A DNA stretch of 63,937 nt, filler included, from Octopus bimaculoides (lineage: Eukaryota), in NCBI RefSeq assembly GCF_001194135.2. It is 5 parts of 5 records of this genome, joined end to end, with 100 filler letters (N's around TTAATTAATTAA, not from the genome) between each part and the next. Parts side by side here need not be neighbours in the genome. Positions count along the whole stretch, not along the records: positions 25,294 to 56,873 come from NC_068981.1; positions 56,974 to 62,750 come from NC_069005.1; 3 more parts are not named here. One strand, 5' to 3'. The position numbers and the translations under genes were made by a program. Below the pieces are notes generated by a model. The model did no database searches. It worked only from the letters and a program-made list of their open reading frames with translations, and had not been told where the DNA came from. This document shows, piece after piece, positions 47,321 to 62,053 of this stretch (positions within the stretch are counted from its first letter, which is position 1; every line of letters starts with the position of its first letter).

Positions 47321-48820
47321 AAGGTGATTGTTGTAGTGGTTGTGTTAGGCGGTGGGGATGTGTGCAGTATTGTTTGTGGTAGTGGATGAGGAAGTGGTGT
47401 TATTATTGGTCGTTTAACCCCAGGTCAACCCCGACTTATCGTGACCACATTCAAAGCCGTGCTAGCCGTGACCATGCAAGTCTTTTAAAGGACCCAACCA
47501 CGACTGCCACCACCAAAACCACCACCCACTATATCCTTTTTTTAAAGATGTAATAATATGGTTAGAAGAGTATTTGGCTGCTATTTCTAATAGGTTTAAC
47601 AACCACACAGACATAGAAGCTTCTAACCTTAGGAAACGTATGAACACCACCACATCTTATATCCTTTGACCCGATCATAAGCTTTTCACACTATCCCACT
47701 GCTAGAAATAATCATCATCAGTATTATCATCATCATCGTCATCACCACCACCACAACAACCACCACAACTACCACCACAGCCACTATCACAACCACCACC
47801 ACAATCACTACAACCACCACTACAACCACCACCACAACTACCACCACAGCCACCACTACAACCACCACCACAACCATCACCACTACAACCATTATCACAA
47901 CCACCTTCACAACCACCACCACAACCATCAAACTACCTTCACAACCACCACCACCATCACCATCACCACCACTACCACCACAACCACTACTACCATTACC
48001 TCAACCGCCACCACCACCACAACCACCACCAGAACTACCACCACAACCACCACTACAACCANNNNNNNNNNNNNNNNNNNNNNNNNNNNNNNNNNNNNNN
48101 NNNNNNNNNNNNNNNNNNNNNNNNNNNNNNNNNNNNNNNNNNNNNNNNNNNNNNNNNNNNNNNNNNNNNNNNNNNNNNNNNNNNNNNNNNNNNNNNNNNN
48201 NNNNNNNNNNNNNNNNNNNNNNNNNNNNNNNNNNNNNNNNNNNNNNNNNNNNNNGAAAGCCGGTTGCTATGGGCGTCAATGTTTTACAGAAGTGTTTATA
48301 AAATGTTCTTCTGCTTGACTATACAACCACTACCACAACTACCACCACAACCACTACTGCCATCACCTCAACCAGCATCACAACCATCATAACCACCACC
48401 ACCTCCACAACAAACACAGACCACAACCACAACTACCAGCGTCCCCATCATCATCATCATCCTCATCATCATCATCCTCAATACCATTACAACACCGTCA
48501 CCACCGTCACCTCCATTACCAAAACCACTAAACATCAGCATCATCACCCTCAACAAGCCATCACCGCTGCTATCACTTCCTTTATCGTCGTCGTCGTCGT
48601 CGTCGTCGCCGTCATCAACATCAACATCATCACCATCAATAACATCACCATCATTGCCTCATCATCATCATCATCGTCATCAGCATCATCATCACTATCA
48701 CCATTATTGTTTTGTTTCCATCCTTTGTTTAAATATATTAAGAAAACAATGAAAAAGTGAATTAAATGCTTTGTTTTATGTGCATGTGTGTATGTGTACG
48801 TGTGCGGACGTGTGTGTGTG

Positions 48821-48887
<67 letters not shown>

Positions 48888-49627
48888 GCAATATATAAAT
48901 GTAAACATACATATATACACAGACGCGCGCAGACTCACATTCGCTCACATTCACTCACACACACACACATAATATAATATATAGAGAGAACACACACACT
49001 TATATATTTTTATACATATAATCCGTGTTGCTTATTGTTTGATTTTAATCACCCATCCTTTTGGGATGTGATATTCGGGTGCCTTCGCATAAGTACCATA
49101 TTCAAGCCTTGAATCTATATCTAAACCGTATACATATATATATATATAAAGACGAGAGATAATAGAGAAAAAGAGATAGAGAAAGAGAGATGGAGATATA
49201 TATATATATAGAGAGAGAGAGAGAGGGAGAGAGGGAAAGAGTGTGTTTGTGTGCGAGGTAGAAGAATCACCGGCGACAAATTGTGCATGACGTCGATTCG
49301 ATCACTGTTCCTCGCTGGTTACTGTAGCAGCTGAAAATATAGTTTGTGTCCAGTACTCATCGCATTGGAAGTAGTGAGAGCCGTAGTAGTGTTCTTGCTG
49401 TATCCGTAATACTAGTGGTAGTGGTGGTGGTGGCCGTGGTGGTAGTGGTGGTAGTGGCGGCGGCGGTCGTCGTCGTCGTCGTCGTAGCCATCGTCATTGT
49501 CGTCATCGTAGTCGTCGTCGTCGTCAACGTCTGGACGGACTCAGTCCTCTTTCTAAGTTGTTTATCAGTCATGTTGGCGGCGTTGTCGTCATTGGATAAT
49601 AATAATAATAACAATAATAATAATAAC

Positions 49628-49662
<35 letters not shown>

Positions 49663-49739
49663 TAGCAACAACAACTATAACAACAACAACAACAAAACAA
49701 ACAATAATAATTTCACAAAAAGGAAGATTAGAAAACGTC

Positions 49740-49889
49740 AATGTGAAAGAAGATCCCAAAGTCTTTGGTTTTTACCATGGGATAGTTGTGCTAATAATAA
49801 CAGTAGCAACAACAACAACAACAGCTGCGTTAGAAACAGTAGTTATTGCAATGTCGGTGAGAGATACCGGCCTGAGGCGAGAGATCTAG
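49740..49889 (+). promoter_or_regulatory. Cluster of three short upstream ORFs in the putative 5' leader
   Basis: ATG-TGA at 49741, accATG-GGA-TAG at 49777-49785, and a 12-codon uORF at 49851-49889. All are out of frame with ATG 49937. Confidence 0.4.
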
Positions 49890-49936
49890 GCTCGAGCGGG
49901 CCCCGTGTCTACACAAAAGTCGGACCAGTGGTCACG

Positions 49937-50003
49937 ATGGGGATTTTAAACACATTCTGGACTATAGTGCTTCTGGTTCTTACCCTAGCTGATTGTACCC
50001 CAG
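49937..50003 (+). CDS. Probable first coding exon (signal peptide) of an unidentified secreted or membrane protein
   Basis: ACG-ATG-G start context. MGILNTFWTIVLLVLTLADCTP has a hydrophobic core with small residues near the end, followed by a CAG|GTAAAT phase-1 donor. No downstream exon identified in the window. Confidence 0.6.
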
Positions 50004-50419
50004 GTAAATTACTTTTTTGTTGTTCTTTCTTTAAAGGTTCTGTTTTTCATAAAGGGAGACATACACAGCCATACAACAAACAGTCACAGACAAAATTTAA
50101 CATCTTCATCTTTTCACTCATCCTACGATGTCATTTCAGTTTTTTTTAATTTTCATTCTTTGTTATGTATCATTAGAATTCTATTTTAAACGTGACATGC
50201 ATGTATACCATGTTTAAATACATGTATGATATATATATATGTCGACTATCAAACCATCCCTCGTATATGTATGTTCCTGTACATACATACATACATACAT
50301 ACATATATACATACATACATACATACATACATGCATTTATTCATATATATATGTGTGTGTGTGTGCGTGTGTGTATATATGTATGTATGTATGCATGTAT
50401 ATACGTATATGTATAAACG

Positions 50420-50480
<61 letters not shown>

Positions 50481-50738
50481 CATACATACACACACACATG
50501 GATTGCATATATATATATATATGCACATCTAAGCATGTATTTATTATAATAATCATATTAGTTGATTTAAGTCATTTAGTTTTCCATATAGCCATAATGA
50601 AAGTGTATAGTATATAACATGTACATGTATTTATACGATTGTACGTATCTCTTTCATACATACATACAGACATGCATACACACATACAAACATATTTATA
50701 TACATGCATACATATACACACATACATACAAATATATG

Positions 50739-50786
<48 letters not shown>

Positions 50787-51458
50787 CGCACACATACACA
50801 TCTCTACACACACACATGCATGCGCGCGTGCATAATTATATTTGAAACTCTAAATGTAAGCGTGTGTTTGCGTTTTTGAATATGCATATCCTCATGTATA
50901 ACTTTTGTATGTATGTACATGTATATTTCCCTCTAGATATGTGTGTGTATATGTATGTACGATATATGTATGAACAGCTCTCTGTATATGTGTATATGTA
51001 TGTAAATATATATACATATGTATTATATGTATACCTTATATATAGACAATATTAAAATTATTACTGTACACACAGACACACACTCACACACACACACATT
51101 TATGAGTGCACGAATACACTTGCAATCTCACTCACATGCGAAGATACATATGCACACATACATACATGCTCAAATACATGCATAGTTTCAAAAGTCATTT
51201 TCTTATTGTATAAATAAAATATTATTACACATGGAATATTATGTGTCGTGTAGTCATCTACGACAGAATACAAACTAAATTTAAACATACAAGCGCATTT
51301 AAAATGTTATGCATTCATACAATATATGTATGTATGCACGATGCACTGTTTTTATATTGTAGTTTGAATGTGTAAAAGTGTATAATGCATGATGTAATGC
51401 GTGCTTTTAAGTATACCGTGTGCATGTTTAATAAGTTTGTACATACGTACGTATAAGT

Positions 51459-51505
<47 letters not shown>

Positions 51506-51578
51506 TGTGTGTGCGTGGATGGGTTTGTGTAGGTGGGACTGTAGGTGCGTTGTGCTTGTTTCTATGTACGTATCTATG

Positions 51579-51644
<66 letters not shown>

Positions 51645-51891
51645 CATACATTATATATGTATGTATACATGTGACAGTTGTGTATGGTATGTATGTATGT
51701 GTTTTTGTATGTAATATATGAGTTGTGTAGAGACGTTCTCTACTTCAACTTGAACCCTGGCTGACGGTTTATGGCTGTCAAACTGTGAACAGTAGATTTA
51801 TTAAGAGTTCTGTTAGAATCTCATAGTTGCTTTAAAATGTGTCCGATGGTTGTATAGGGGTCCCATCTTCCTCTATCTATTTATCCCTCAG

Positions 51892-51953
<62 letters not shown>

Positions 51954-52913
51954 CATCCATCTGTGTGTGTGTGTGTCTGTCTCTATTTCCCTGTTCAAAC
52001 TGGGGCCCCCTGAACAACAGTAGGAAAGACAGTGTTGAAAGATGGAGAGTAAACGGCGCCTGCTTGCCATTTTCTATTCAGGGACATTACTCCCTTTTTT
52101 TTTTCTGGGACACTTGATTCCCTACTTTTTCATTGCCTACACACATCGTACACAGCCACAACTCACACTTGCATTACACACACACACATACACATAAATA
52201 GATACACACATAAACACACACTCACACGTACGCACACTGAAAATGTACGCCACACATGAACATTTGATACAGTAGTGTACATGTATACACATTAATGATG
52301 TATACACACTAACAACGTGTACCACACACACACGTTGACACTACTTTATATACACACATTAACGTTCACTGACATACTATTACACACATTAACGTTCACT
52401 GACATACTATTACACACACACACTCAAACATGCATTGACAAAGGGAAAAAAAAGAACCAGCCTATACCACACGTACACACAATCAACTTTATACGTATAC
52501 ACACACATAATATACGTGTATACACACAAACATACAGACGTATAGCCAGTACACCACACTTACGCACATGACTGCATAGCTTATACTTAAACATATACAA
52601 TATACTTGACATACACAGATATACACTCTATAACTACATACACACACTGACACACACACATATACATACACACACGCATACACGCAGGCAATACTTACTG
52701 TCCATACAGACACATGGCACTATATAACAAACACACGCATATGCCATGTACGTGACACACAAACATACACTCTATACAACACACACACACGCATATATAT
52801 ATAAATATATATATATATACGACACCTACATATACTTGATAATACTTTTTACCACACATACATACATACAAAATACATCCTTCAAACACATGGCACTATA
52901 TATCACTCGCACG

Positions 52914-53002
<89 letters not shown>

Positions 53003-53554
53003 ACTACACACCTCACGCCGAGAGAGCTTCTGTGTGATTGCTCGATCTACTTGAAATAGCAGACAAATCTTTAAATTTTGCCCACACTGTCTTTAAAAAA
53101 ATGAAAGGATTCATTGAATAATGTAGTTCCCAGTGTCTGCAAAATAGACAGGATGGTCATATCTGGAATGTCTGATCATTCGTAGGTCTGTTAAATCAGA
53201 GCTGATTAGGGTACCACTTATGGAACCATGCATCACAGCCACAGACACACACACACACACACACACGGACACAATACACTGCTCAAAATGCACGGACACT
53301 TTATACTACATTCACACATAATACGATAGTTACGCACACACACACACATACATACAGACGCAAACACTTACATCACTCACACACGCATACATTCAGACGC
53401 AGACACTTTACGTCACACATACAGACACTGCATCGCTCATACATACACAGACGGTACGTATACATATGCACACAGTAAGCATCCCTAGGCATCTTCTACT
53501 CAACTTCTTCCTCCTTAACGGCCATTCTGAGTACATCATCTCTCTACACCTTGA

Positions 53555-53591
<37 letters not shown>

Positions 53592-55055
53592 GTCTCTCTC
53601 TCTCTCTCTTTCTCTACCTCCCCTTCTACTACTCAATCTTTTTCTACCCCCTCTCTATTCCTATTACCTTCTCTCTCTCTCAACCCTTTTATCCTTCTAT
53701 CGTTCACACTGTTCACTTCTCTCTTTCTTTATAATTTTCTTATCCTGTCAGCCTCCCTACCTAGCTCTCCCGCTTTCTCTGTCTCTCTTTCTCTCTACAT
53801 GTAACTCTCTCTGTCTCCCCGTCTGTCTCTCTCTCTCTCAACATCTCTCTCTTTCTCTGTCTTTCTCTGCAGCCATATCTTGTTATCTTCCATCTCTGAA
53901 CACTTATCTTTTATTTACTTTATCTCTCATCTTCCTCTCTTCTTCTCGTCTCTTCCTCCCTTTCCTAGTCCATGTTGTCTCTCAACCCCCCACCGCCATC
54001 ACGACTGTACCGTTCTTTTTTTTGTTTCTTTCCCTCAACCCTCGAGCCAATTCTTTCCTCTTCCTTCTTGACTTCCTTACCTCACCACACCAACATCATC
54101 ATCGACAACAACACCTCTATCACCATCAACAACAGCATCAAATGTTACATCTTCCATCTCCGCCTCCTACGATCTCTTATTCCTCCGTCACCAACTTCAC
54201 TACCACTACCACTACCACCACCACCACCATCATCCTAACATCAGTGACACTCCCCCACTTTTCCTCTTCATCGCTTTCCATGTGCTGTTCAGCTCGTAAA
54301 CAAAACCGATTAACCGTTTACACACCTCCCTGCCCACCCCTCTCTCTCATAGACGCGTGTGCTCCTGCTGCTGTTATTACCATCACCACCACCACCACCA
54401 CCACCACCACCACCACACCACCGACAACCGAACCACGAAGGAACCTCTACGTGGTCGGTCGTTTTGCTAGAAATATCAGCCATATCTCCCTCGAATCACA
54501 CCCTACCGTTTTAGAAAAAAAAAAACGACGCATTGGATCATGTGATCTTGAGTTCCCTGCATGTAGGCAAAAGACGGAATGGTCATAACTTAAACGCCTC
54601 TTTGAACATAGGAACACTCTATAAGGGGCTGACCTGGGGCTAAACAAAACTGACGATCACCATCACACTACCCTACCACCCCCAGCAACACTCAACCAGC
54701 TACACTTGTTAGAAATAGCAGTCGAATGTTGCCCTTATCACACCTTGCTGTCTTAGAAGAGGTAAACCTGGTAATTCGGATTGTGTAGTCCTAGCTACAC
54801 TATGTCTGGGAGTGAGGAAGCGGAAAACCGAGGTGGGATGATCAGAGTGAGAACGTTTCCGATCATAGATTTGCTAAATCAGGTCTGACCTGGTGTTAAA
54901 GAAAAATAACGACCACTTCAACGCCATGTGTCAATTGATGGAGCCTTGTGGTCTCGCGCTCGCTCTGCTGGAAATAGCAGCCGAGTCTCCCTCAAATCGA
55001 TCCCTTATACACACACGTGCACATAAGAGAGGGTGTGTGTATACCCACATATGTT

Positions 55056-55102
<47 letters not shown>

Positions 55103-56586
55103 ACGTACGTATATTCTTAGTCTATAAGACACGATGGTCATGGCCAGATACCTTTGACCATAGGTCTTCTCATTCAAAGTTAGCCTGGAGCTACACAACA
55201 ATAGCAAGTACACCACCACTATCCTGGCCACCGCAACCACCCTACCACTACTACTTATACTACTACGACTACTACACCACTCTGCCAGAAATAACAGCCA
55301 AATTTACTTCAGAGAACACCCAGCCGTCTTGAATAAGGGAGAAATCATTTAAAGGCAGAGAGGTGGGGGGGGGAGTTTTCAGAATAAACGTCTTAAGATA
55401 TAATTCAATTTCAAGAATTTACCAATAATTAAGATCTTTCAATTCATAAAAGCAACCAAAAGATTTATCCGCAAAAAAAATATTGGATATGCTGTGATTT
55501 TTTTCTTTTTTTTTTCTTTTTTTTATTATATGAAACTTTATTAATCGGTTATCAGCTAGTTAACGTTTAGTCTGTCATGGCTCCTCTGGTTAATACAGAC
55601 GTTTAAAGCAAATAAATAGATTGTCTCGTGTAGATAGGATGTCACGGCTGAAATCTGAAATGACTGATTAGTTTTCTGCTCCATCGTGAGTTTACTTGGG
55701 AGTTAAACAGAAGGTACCGTATTACACATACACAGATCTAGCACCCAATCACCACACCCAGTCTCCATCCTCAAGCAACCATCAAACCACACCACCACCA
55801 CCACCGGGCTACCATGACACCACCACCCCTTTACTTTAATAGTCCACCATCCTACGAATCACCACAGTAGGCAACAACCACCCAATCATCCCACCAGTAA
55901 CATAACAAGTAATATCTTACCCTACCACCCTACATCCGAACTACAGAGACGTTTTTTAGTATCAGCCCTACTTCTCCCACAATAACGAACCGAACCAACT
56001 AACACAACTTATATCATCACCTGGTCCCTTTCCATTTCAGTTTTTCTCTTTCTTTTTTCTTCTTCTTTTCTTCCCCCTACCATTATTTCTTTTTTATTTG
56101 TCTGTCCCCCCCCCCCCATCAAAACTTCATCATTGGACTGAGACGTTGATGACAATAGCATCACAACATACTAACATCAGCCGTTGAGTCGGCAGTGTTA
56201 CAACAGCCCGCTTTACCGCTGGCTACACTTCGGCTAAATTGATCAGCAATTCCGAATGAATATTTACCGCCTTCACACTCCTTTGTCTCTCTCTCTACAT
56301 CATATATAACACTGCCTTGTCTTAGATGGAAGATAGAAGATGGTTGTGTTAACAAGAAGGGAAGTGAGGGGTGATGTCTCAAAACTTTACTCACGACTAT
56401 ATGTATATATATATGTTATGTGTGTGTGTGTGTGTGTGTGTGCATGTTATATACATATATTTTACACATTCTCGTTTCTCCCTCTTTTTCTCTATCTACA
56501 TATACATGCACACCCACATCTATCTGTCGGTGTGTATATATATGTATATATATATATATATATGCATGTATGTATACATACAATCA

Positions 56587-56627
<41 letters not shown>

Positions 56628-56747
56628 GTCTGTCTATCTATCTATCTATCTTTTTTTTTTTCCTTCCTTTCCCCCTTCCAAAAAGAAAAGCTCTACATTG
56701 TATTTGTCCCATCTTCGTTGAGCCCTGTGTGGCTAATAAAAGAAATG

Positions 56748-56784
<37 letters not shown>

Positions 56785-56835
56785 ATCTATCAGTCTGTCT
56801 CTTTCTTTCTCTATCTACTTATACCTATCAATCTT

Positions 56836-56873
<38 letters not shown>

Positions 56874-57957
56874 NNNNNNNNNNNNNNNNNNNNNNNNNNN
56901 NNNNNNNNNNNNNNNNNTTAATTAATTAANNNNNNNNNNNNNNNNNNNNNNNNNNNNNNNNNNNNNNNNNNNNTATATATGTATATGTATGTATCATGTA
57001 TATACATATCTGTGTGTGTGTCTATTTTTGTGTATGTTTGTGTGTCCAGTTTCTCTGGGGGTCAAACTATAAATGAGTACAAAGTTCTTGAAGAATCATC
57101 GTTAAAAAATAGAAGCCAGTCTCCTCCACCACACACCTTTCTAAGGACCCCAAAGAAATTGTACAAAGGACTTGCGTATATTTTTGTCTCGCAAGCATAT
57201 GCTAGCATACCGCAGCGACGACTATAATAACTGAAATAAAAGACACCCAAGCGTAGATTCCTACACACACAAACACACAAACACTCGTATCTTAAATTCG
57301 AAGATTTATACGTGGGCGACAAGGAATGCCTCTTGAAGAATAGAAAATTTCTAAAATTTACTCCTACTGATTTGTAGGTGTCCTTTTGTGGGGAAAAACA
57401 TTTAGAAGAATTTCTGCTACAAAACCTGGAGAGAAAATAGTTTACCATTCCGTTCTTGTACATCACTGAATATATTTATCTCTACATTTTTCTGGGCGGC
57501 ATAATTGCCATCAAGTCTATGATACTAAAATACAATGGTGCCTTAAATGTATGAAACAGTAACCATCTTAGAAGTGTACATGTACATGTATATATATATA
57601 TATATATATACACACATGACACTCGCACACATACGTATTTTTATACTGTGTACTCACCTGACGTTTTATTCCAAAGCATAGTCTGTTGATGTTCTATCTG
57701 GTTAATTAGTATCGCTATGCCCAAGGGAAATCATAATTATTCCACCGTCGCTGCTGGACACTTTTCTTCTGCTTCAGATATGCTTCTGTGGTTTTTTTTT
57801 TTTTTAGCACACGTTTATACGAGATGATATCTCGTGACGAATAACGTAGTCTTGTAGCTTTCTACAGTATACTCACGTGAAGATATACAGAATGATATCT
57901 TGAACCAATGCTGCTCCTGTCGTATGTATGTATGTATGTATGTATGTATGTATGTAT

Positions 57958-58352
57958 GTGTGGAGGCGCAATGGCCCAGTGGTTAGGGTAGCGGACTCGC
58001 GGTCATAGGTTCGCGGTTTCGATTCCCAGACCGGGCGTTGTGAGTGTTTATTGAGCGAAAACACCTAAAAGCTCCACGAGGCATCCGGCAGGGGATGGTG
58101 GCGAACCCTGCTGTACTCTTTCACCACAAATTTCTCTCACCCTTACTTCCTGTTTCTGTTGTGCCTGTAATTCAAAGGGTCAGCCTTGTCACACTCTGTG
58201 TCACGCTGAATATCCCCGAGAACTACGTTAAGGGTACACGTGTCTGTGGAGTGCTCAGCCACTTGCACGTTAATTTCACGAGCAGGCTGTTCCGTTGATC
58301 GGATCAACTGGAACCCTTGACGTCGTAAGCGACGGAGTGCCAACAACAACAA
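57958..58352 (+). mobile_element. SINE family A, full length, inserted in (ATGT)n
   Basis: Complete head-body-tail, with (ATGT)n on both sides. Confidence 0.92.
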
Positions 58353-58541
58353 TGTTTGTATGTATGTATGTATGTATGTATGTATGTATGTGTTGTGATG
58401 AACCATAACCTTGGACCCTGCCACAAGAATACCTGGAGTTCTTCAATTACCTAAATAATATTATTAGCCTGGTCTGCCAACAGAGAGCTTATGGAGTATT
58501 TTGCCCGGATTGATAATCCCTCACTATTAACTCTTTCTCTC

Positions 58542-58598
<57 letters not shown>

Positions 58599-59257
58599 NN
58601 NNNNNNNNNNNNNNNNNNNNNNNNNNNNNNNNNNNNNNNNNNNNNNNNNNNNNNNNNNNNNNNNNNNNNNNNNNNNNNNNNNNNNNNNNNNNNNNNNNNN
58701 NNNNNNNNNNNNNNNNNNNNNNNNNNNNNNNNNNNNNNNNNNNNNNNNNNNNNNNNNNNNNNNNNNNNNNNNNNNNNNNNNNNNNNNNNNNNNNNNNNNN
58801 NNNNNNNNNNNNNNNNNNNNNNNNNNNNNNNNNNNNNNNNNNNNNNNNNNNNNNNNNNNNNNNNNNNNNNNNNNNNNNNNNNNNNNNNNNNNNNNNNNNN
58901 NNNNNNNNNNNNNNNNNNNNNNNNNNNNNNNNNNNNNNNNNNNNNNNNNNNNNNNNNNNNNNNNNNNNNNNNNNNNNNNNNNNNNNNNNNNNNNNNNNNN
59001 NNNNNNNNNNNNNNNNNNACTTTAAGGCTATATATACCGGTTTTCTTCTCCAGCCTCCCAAATACTTATTTTAATTGGATTTTTAATTGGATTTCTCCTT
59101 CCTTTCTCGACAAAATGAACTACAATAATTATTATTAATGAGTAATATTCCGTCACTGTTGCATCTCTCTCTCTCACCGACGATAGTATACTCCGCCCAT
59201 GGAATCCTCACTCGGCACGATATTCCGATATTCCAGAAACAACTGTTAAAGACTATG

Positions 59258-59309
<52 letters not shown>

Positions 59310-59312
<3 letters not shown>

Positions 59313-59497
59313 ACGGGTGGGATATTGCACAGCTAGTTGTGTTACATCTATCAATGCAGGCTGTACGGGCGACCACAACATGCCAAGCGAAATCGAATAT
59401 ATGTAGTACGGTATCTTATTTAAACGAAACACCTCACGAGACACATCCTGCATTGATGGATACAACACAACTAGCTGTAGAATAACCCACTCGTAAG
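59310..59497. repeat. ~190-bp fold-back element (54-bp imperfect arms)
   Basis: 59311-59364 is the reverse complement of 59443-59496 at roughly 80%. Confidence 0.75.
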
Positions 59498-60409
59498 GAA
59501 CAGATGCAGGATGGGTCGAAACGGTCGTTGTGTTGAATAAAGATTCTTGCTGACTCCATTTTCCGTTTCCCTAATTCATTATGAACTCAACGAACACTGC
59601 GGAATTCCTGACGTAGATCCAGTGATAATTATATCATAACTGTCAATGACATCAGGTAGCCGAAAACAGTTAAAGTGCTTTAATCGGCATACTAACAGAC
59701 ATATACCCAAATTTCAAATAATTACTTATAAATAGATATAAACATATACGTATATGCATACGCACATATATGTATAGACAGACAAACATACCTATATGTG
59801 TCTAAGTACACACACACATATATAAATATATATATTGTTGACGTCATGAGAATTTTATTAGCATTCGAGAGAACGAGACATAATTCTTTTTATGGAACTG
59901 TAGATCAGTGGATATCGAAGAACATAACACTGTGAGTAAAAACATATAAATATTGGGTCGGCTTGAATGATACTTTTGGACAGAAGTCGAAAGTGGCTTT
60001 CACATTTTCTATTCAAAAGGTTTTTCAACTCTATATTTTCATGCTTTTATTTATAGCATTATGTACTTTGAGTTCCACCGTTCCTGAAAATAAATATATT
60101 TGTATACATATGAACACACTCTCACATATGTAATAGGACAAATGCCAGTTTGATTACTTTCGATAGTTTTGAAAATTCTATATTGAACACATAGTTGATT
60201 ACACTGTGTAACAAAATTTTTATTTATTATTTTTGTCTTTGATCAGTAAATGTTAATTCCTATTTACTTCTGTCTAGAAATCAAACGAAATGACTACTAT
60301 TCCCTTCAAATTTTGCTTTTGTGATCTCCACATCAATGCTTTGAAACTGACCTATTTTCCATTACATTTTAGACAGACTCAGTGCTGAGTTGTAGAAACA
60401 AAAATATCA

Positions 60410-60545
60410 TTATAGCAAATATTCTGCTCAATACCACTTGACCTTAACCACTTGAGCATGTCCCTTACTGGCTGACACTATGTGCATTTCTGATGATGAG
60501 CATGAGCACTGGGTGAGCATCATAGCCATGTGCTGAGAGGGATTA
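60410..60545 (+). repeat. Dispersed repeat; second copy at ~63680-63778
   Basis: Shared cagcaaatattctgctcaataccac...ttgaccttaacca...tgtcccttagtggctgac...atgtgcat. Confidence 0.8.
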
Positions 60546-60808
60546 TTTGGGGTGTGAATAAATGTAAGAAAAGCAAAGTTGGAAGGAAATATTAGCCATT
60601 TTTCATACTTTCTGGGGGAAAGAAATAACACTTGCTACCCAAGGACAAAAACCGTATTACACACTGCTATTACACACACAAAAAACCCCTTAAATCTGGA
60701 AGTAGCTATTAACGCTAGGTTTAGAGAAAGAGGGCCCTGTATTATTAAAGCTATATATATATAGATAGATGGATAGATAGATTTATACATATATATGTAC
60801 AGAGAGAG

Positions 60809-60840
<32 letters not shown>

Positions 60841-60895
60841 CTAGATAGCTAGATAGCTAGCTAGCTAGATAGATAGATTGATAGATAGATAGATT

Positions 60896-60932
<37 letters not shown>

Positions 60933-61291
60933 ACCCATACAAGGACGCAAACATTCACACGCACACACATGGAAATATGACCTCAACGACGATCAAATAT
61001 TTACATTTTGCAGTAATCCTAGCTATCCGCAAATAACGACTTACTGTTATTTATTTATAGCCAATAAAAAGCTTATGATTTATTTAGCCCGTGATGCACC
61101 ATTTCCTGCGGTCCTTTCACGTCAAGCAAAACCGGTTGTCAAAAAGTTTGATGTATGGAATATCTGCGCAAGTGTTGGATTCACAGAAATAATAATTTAT
61201 CAAGTGATGGTGATATAGTTACAAATTAATGTTTCATAAGTTTGTTTGTTGAAAGTGAAGCAGGGGAAAGAAGAATTAAAAGGAAGGGTGT

Positions 61292-61401
<110 letters not shown>

Positions 61402-61494
61402 AAGAGAGAGAAAGAAAGAGAGAGAAAGAAAGAGAGAGAGATGATATCTGAAACGTGTATGCACACAAACTATACATTATTACAATGTGGGAGC

Positions 61495-61528
<34 letters not shown>

Positions 61529-61750
61529 TTGAGTGTGTGTGTGTGTGTGTGNNNNNNNNNNNNNNNNNNNNNNNNNNNGGGGGGGGGGTGCGTGTTTATG
61601 TATGTGTGTGTATATACATACGTAAATACACGCATTTGTGGATATGTGTATGCGTTATATACTGTGTATGCTATGTATGCATATATGTGCGTGTGTGTGT
61701 GAGTATGTGTATGTATGTATATATATATGCATACATATTCATATACACCG

Positions 61751-61790
<40 letters not shown>

Positions 61791-61857
61791 CTCTCTGTCT
61801 CTCTGTCTCTCTCTCTCTCACTCTCTCTCACTCTCTCTCTCACTCTCTCTCTCTATA

Positions 61858-61932
<75 letters not shown>

Positions 61933-62018
61933 AATGCTTGTCCACTCGCGACCAAGAAAGACTATTAACGACCATAAAGTTCATAGATCTACATGTACAG
62001 AGAGAGGGAGAGAGAGAG

Positions 62019-62053
<35 letters not shown>

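Noticed and set aside
53111-53240. Complex-looking minus-strand peptide MHGSISGTLISSDLTDLRMIRHSRYDHPVYFADTGNYIIQ
   Set aside because: Short, no recognisable domain, no convincing splice sites, and antisense to the putative host intron.
59500-59525. Penelope-type hammerhead ribozyme (cagatgca...gtcgaaac)
   Set aside because: The catalytic core CUGAUGA is not intact and I could not build stems I-III.
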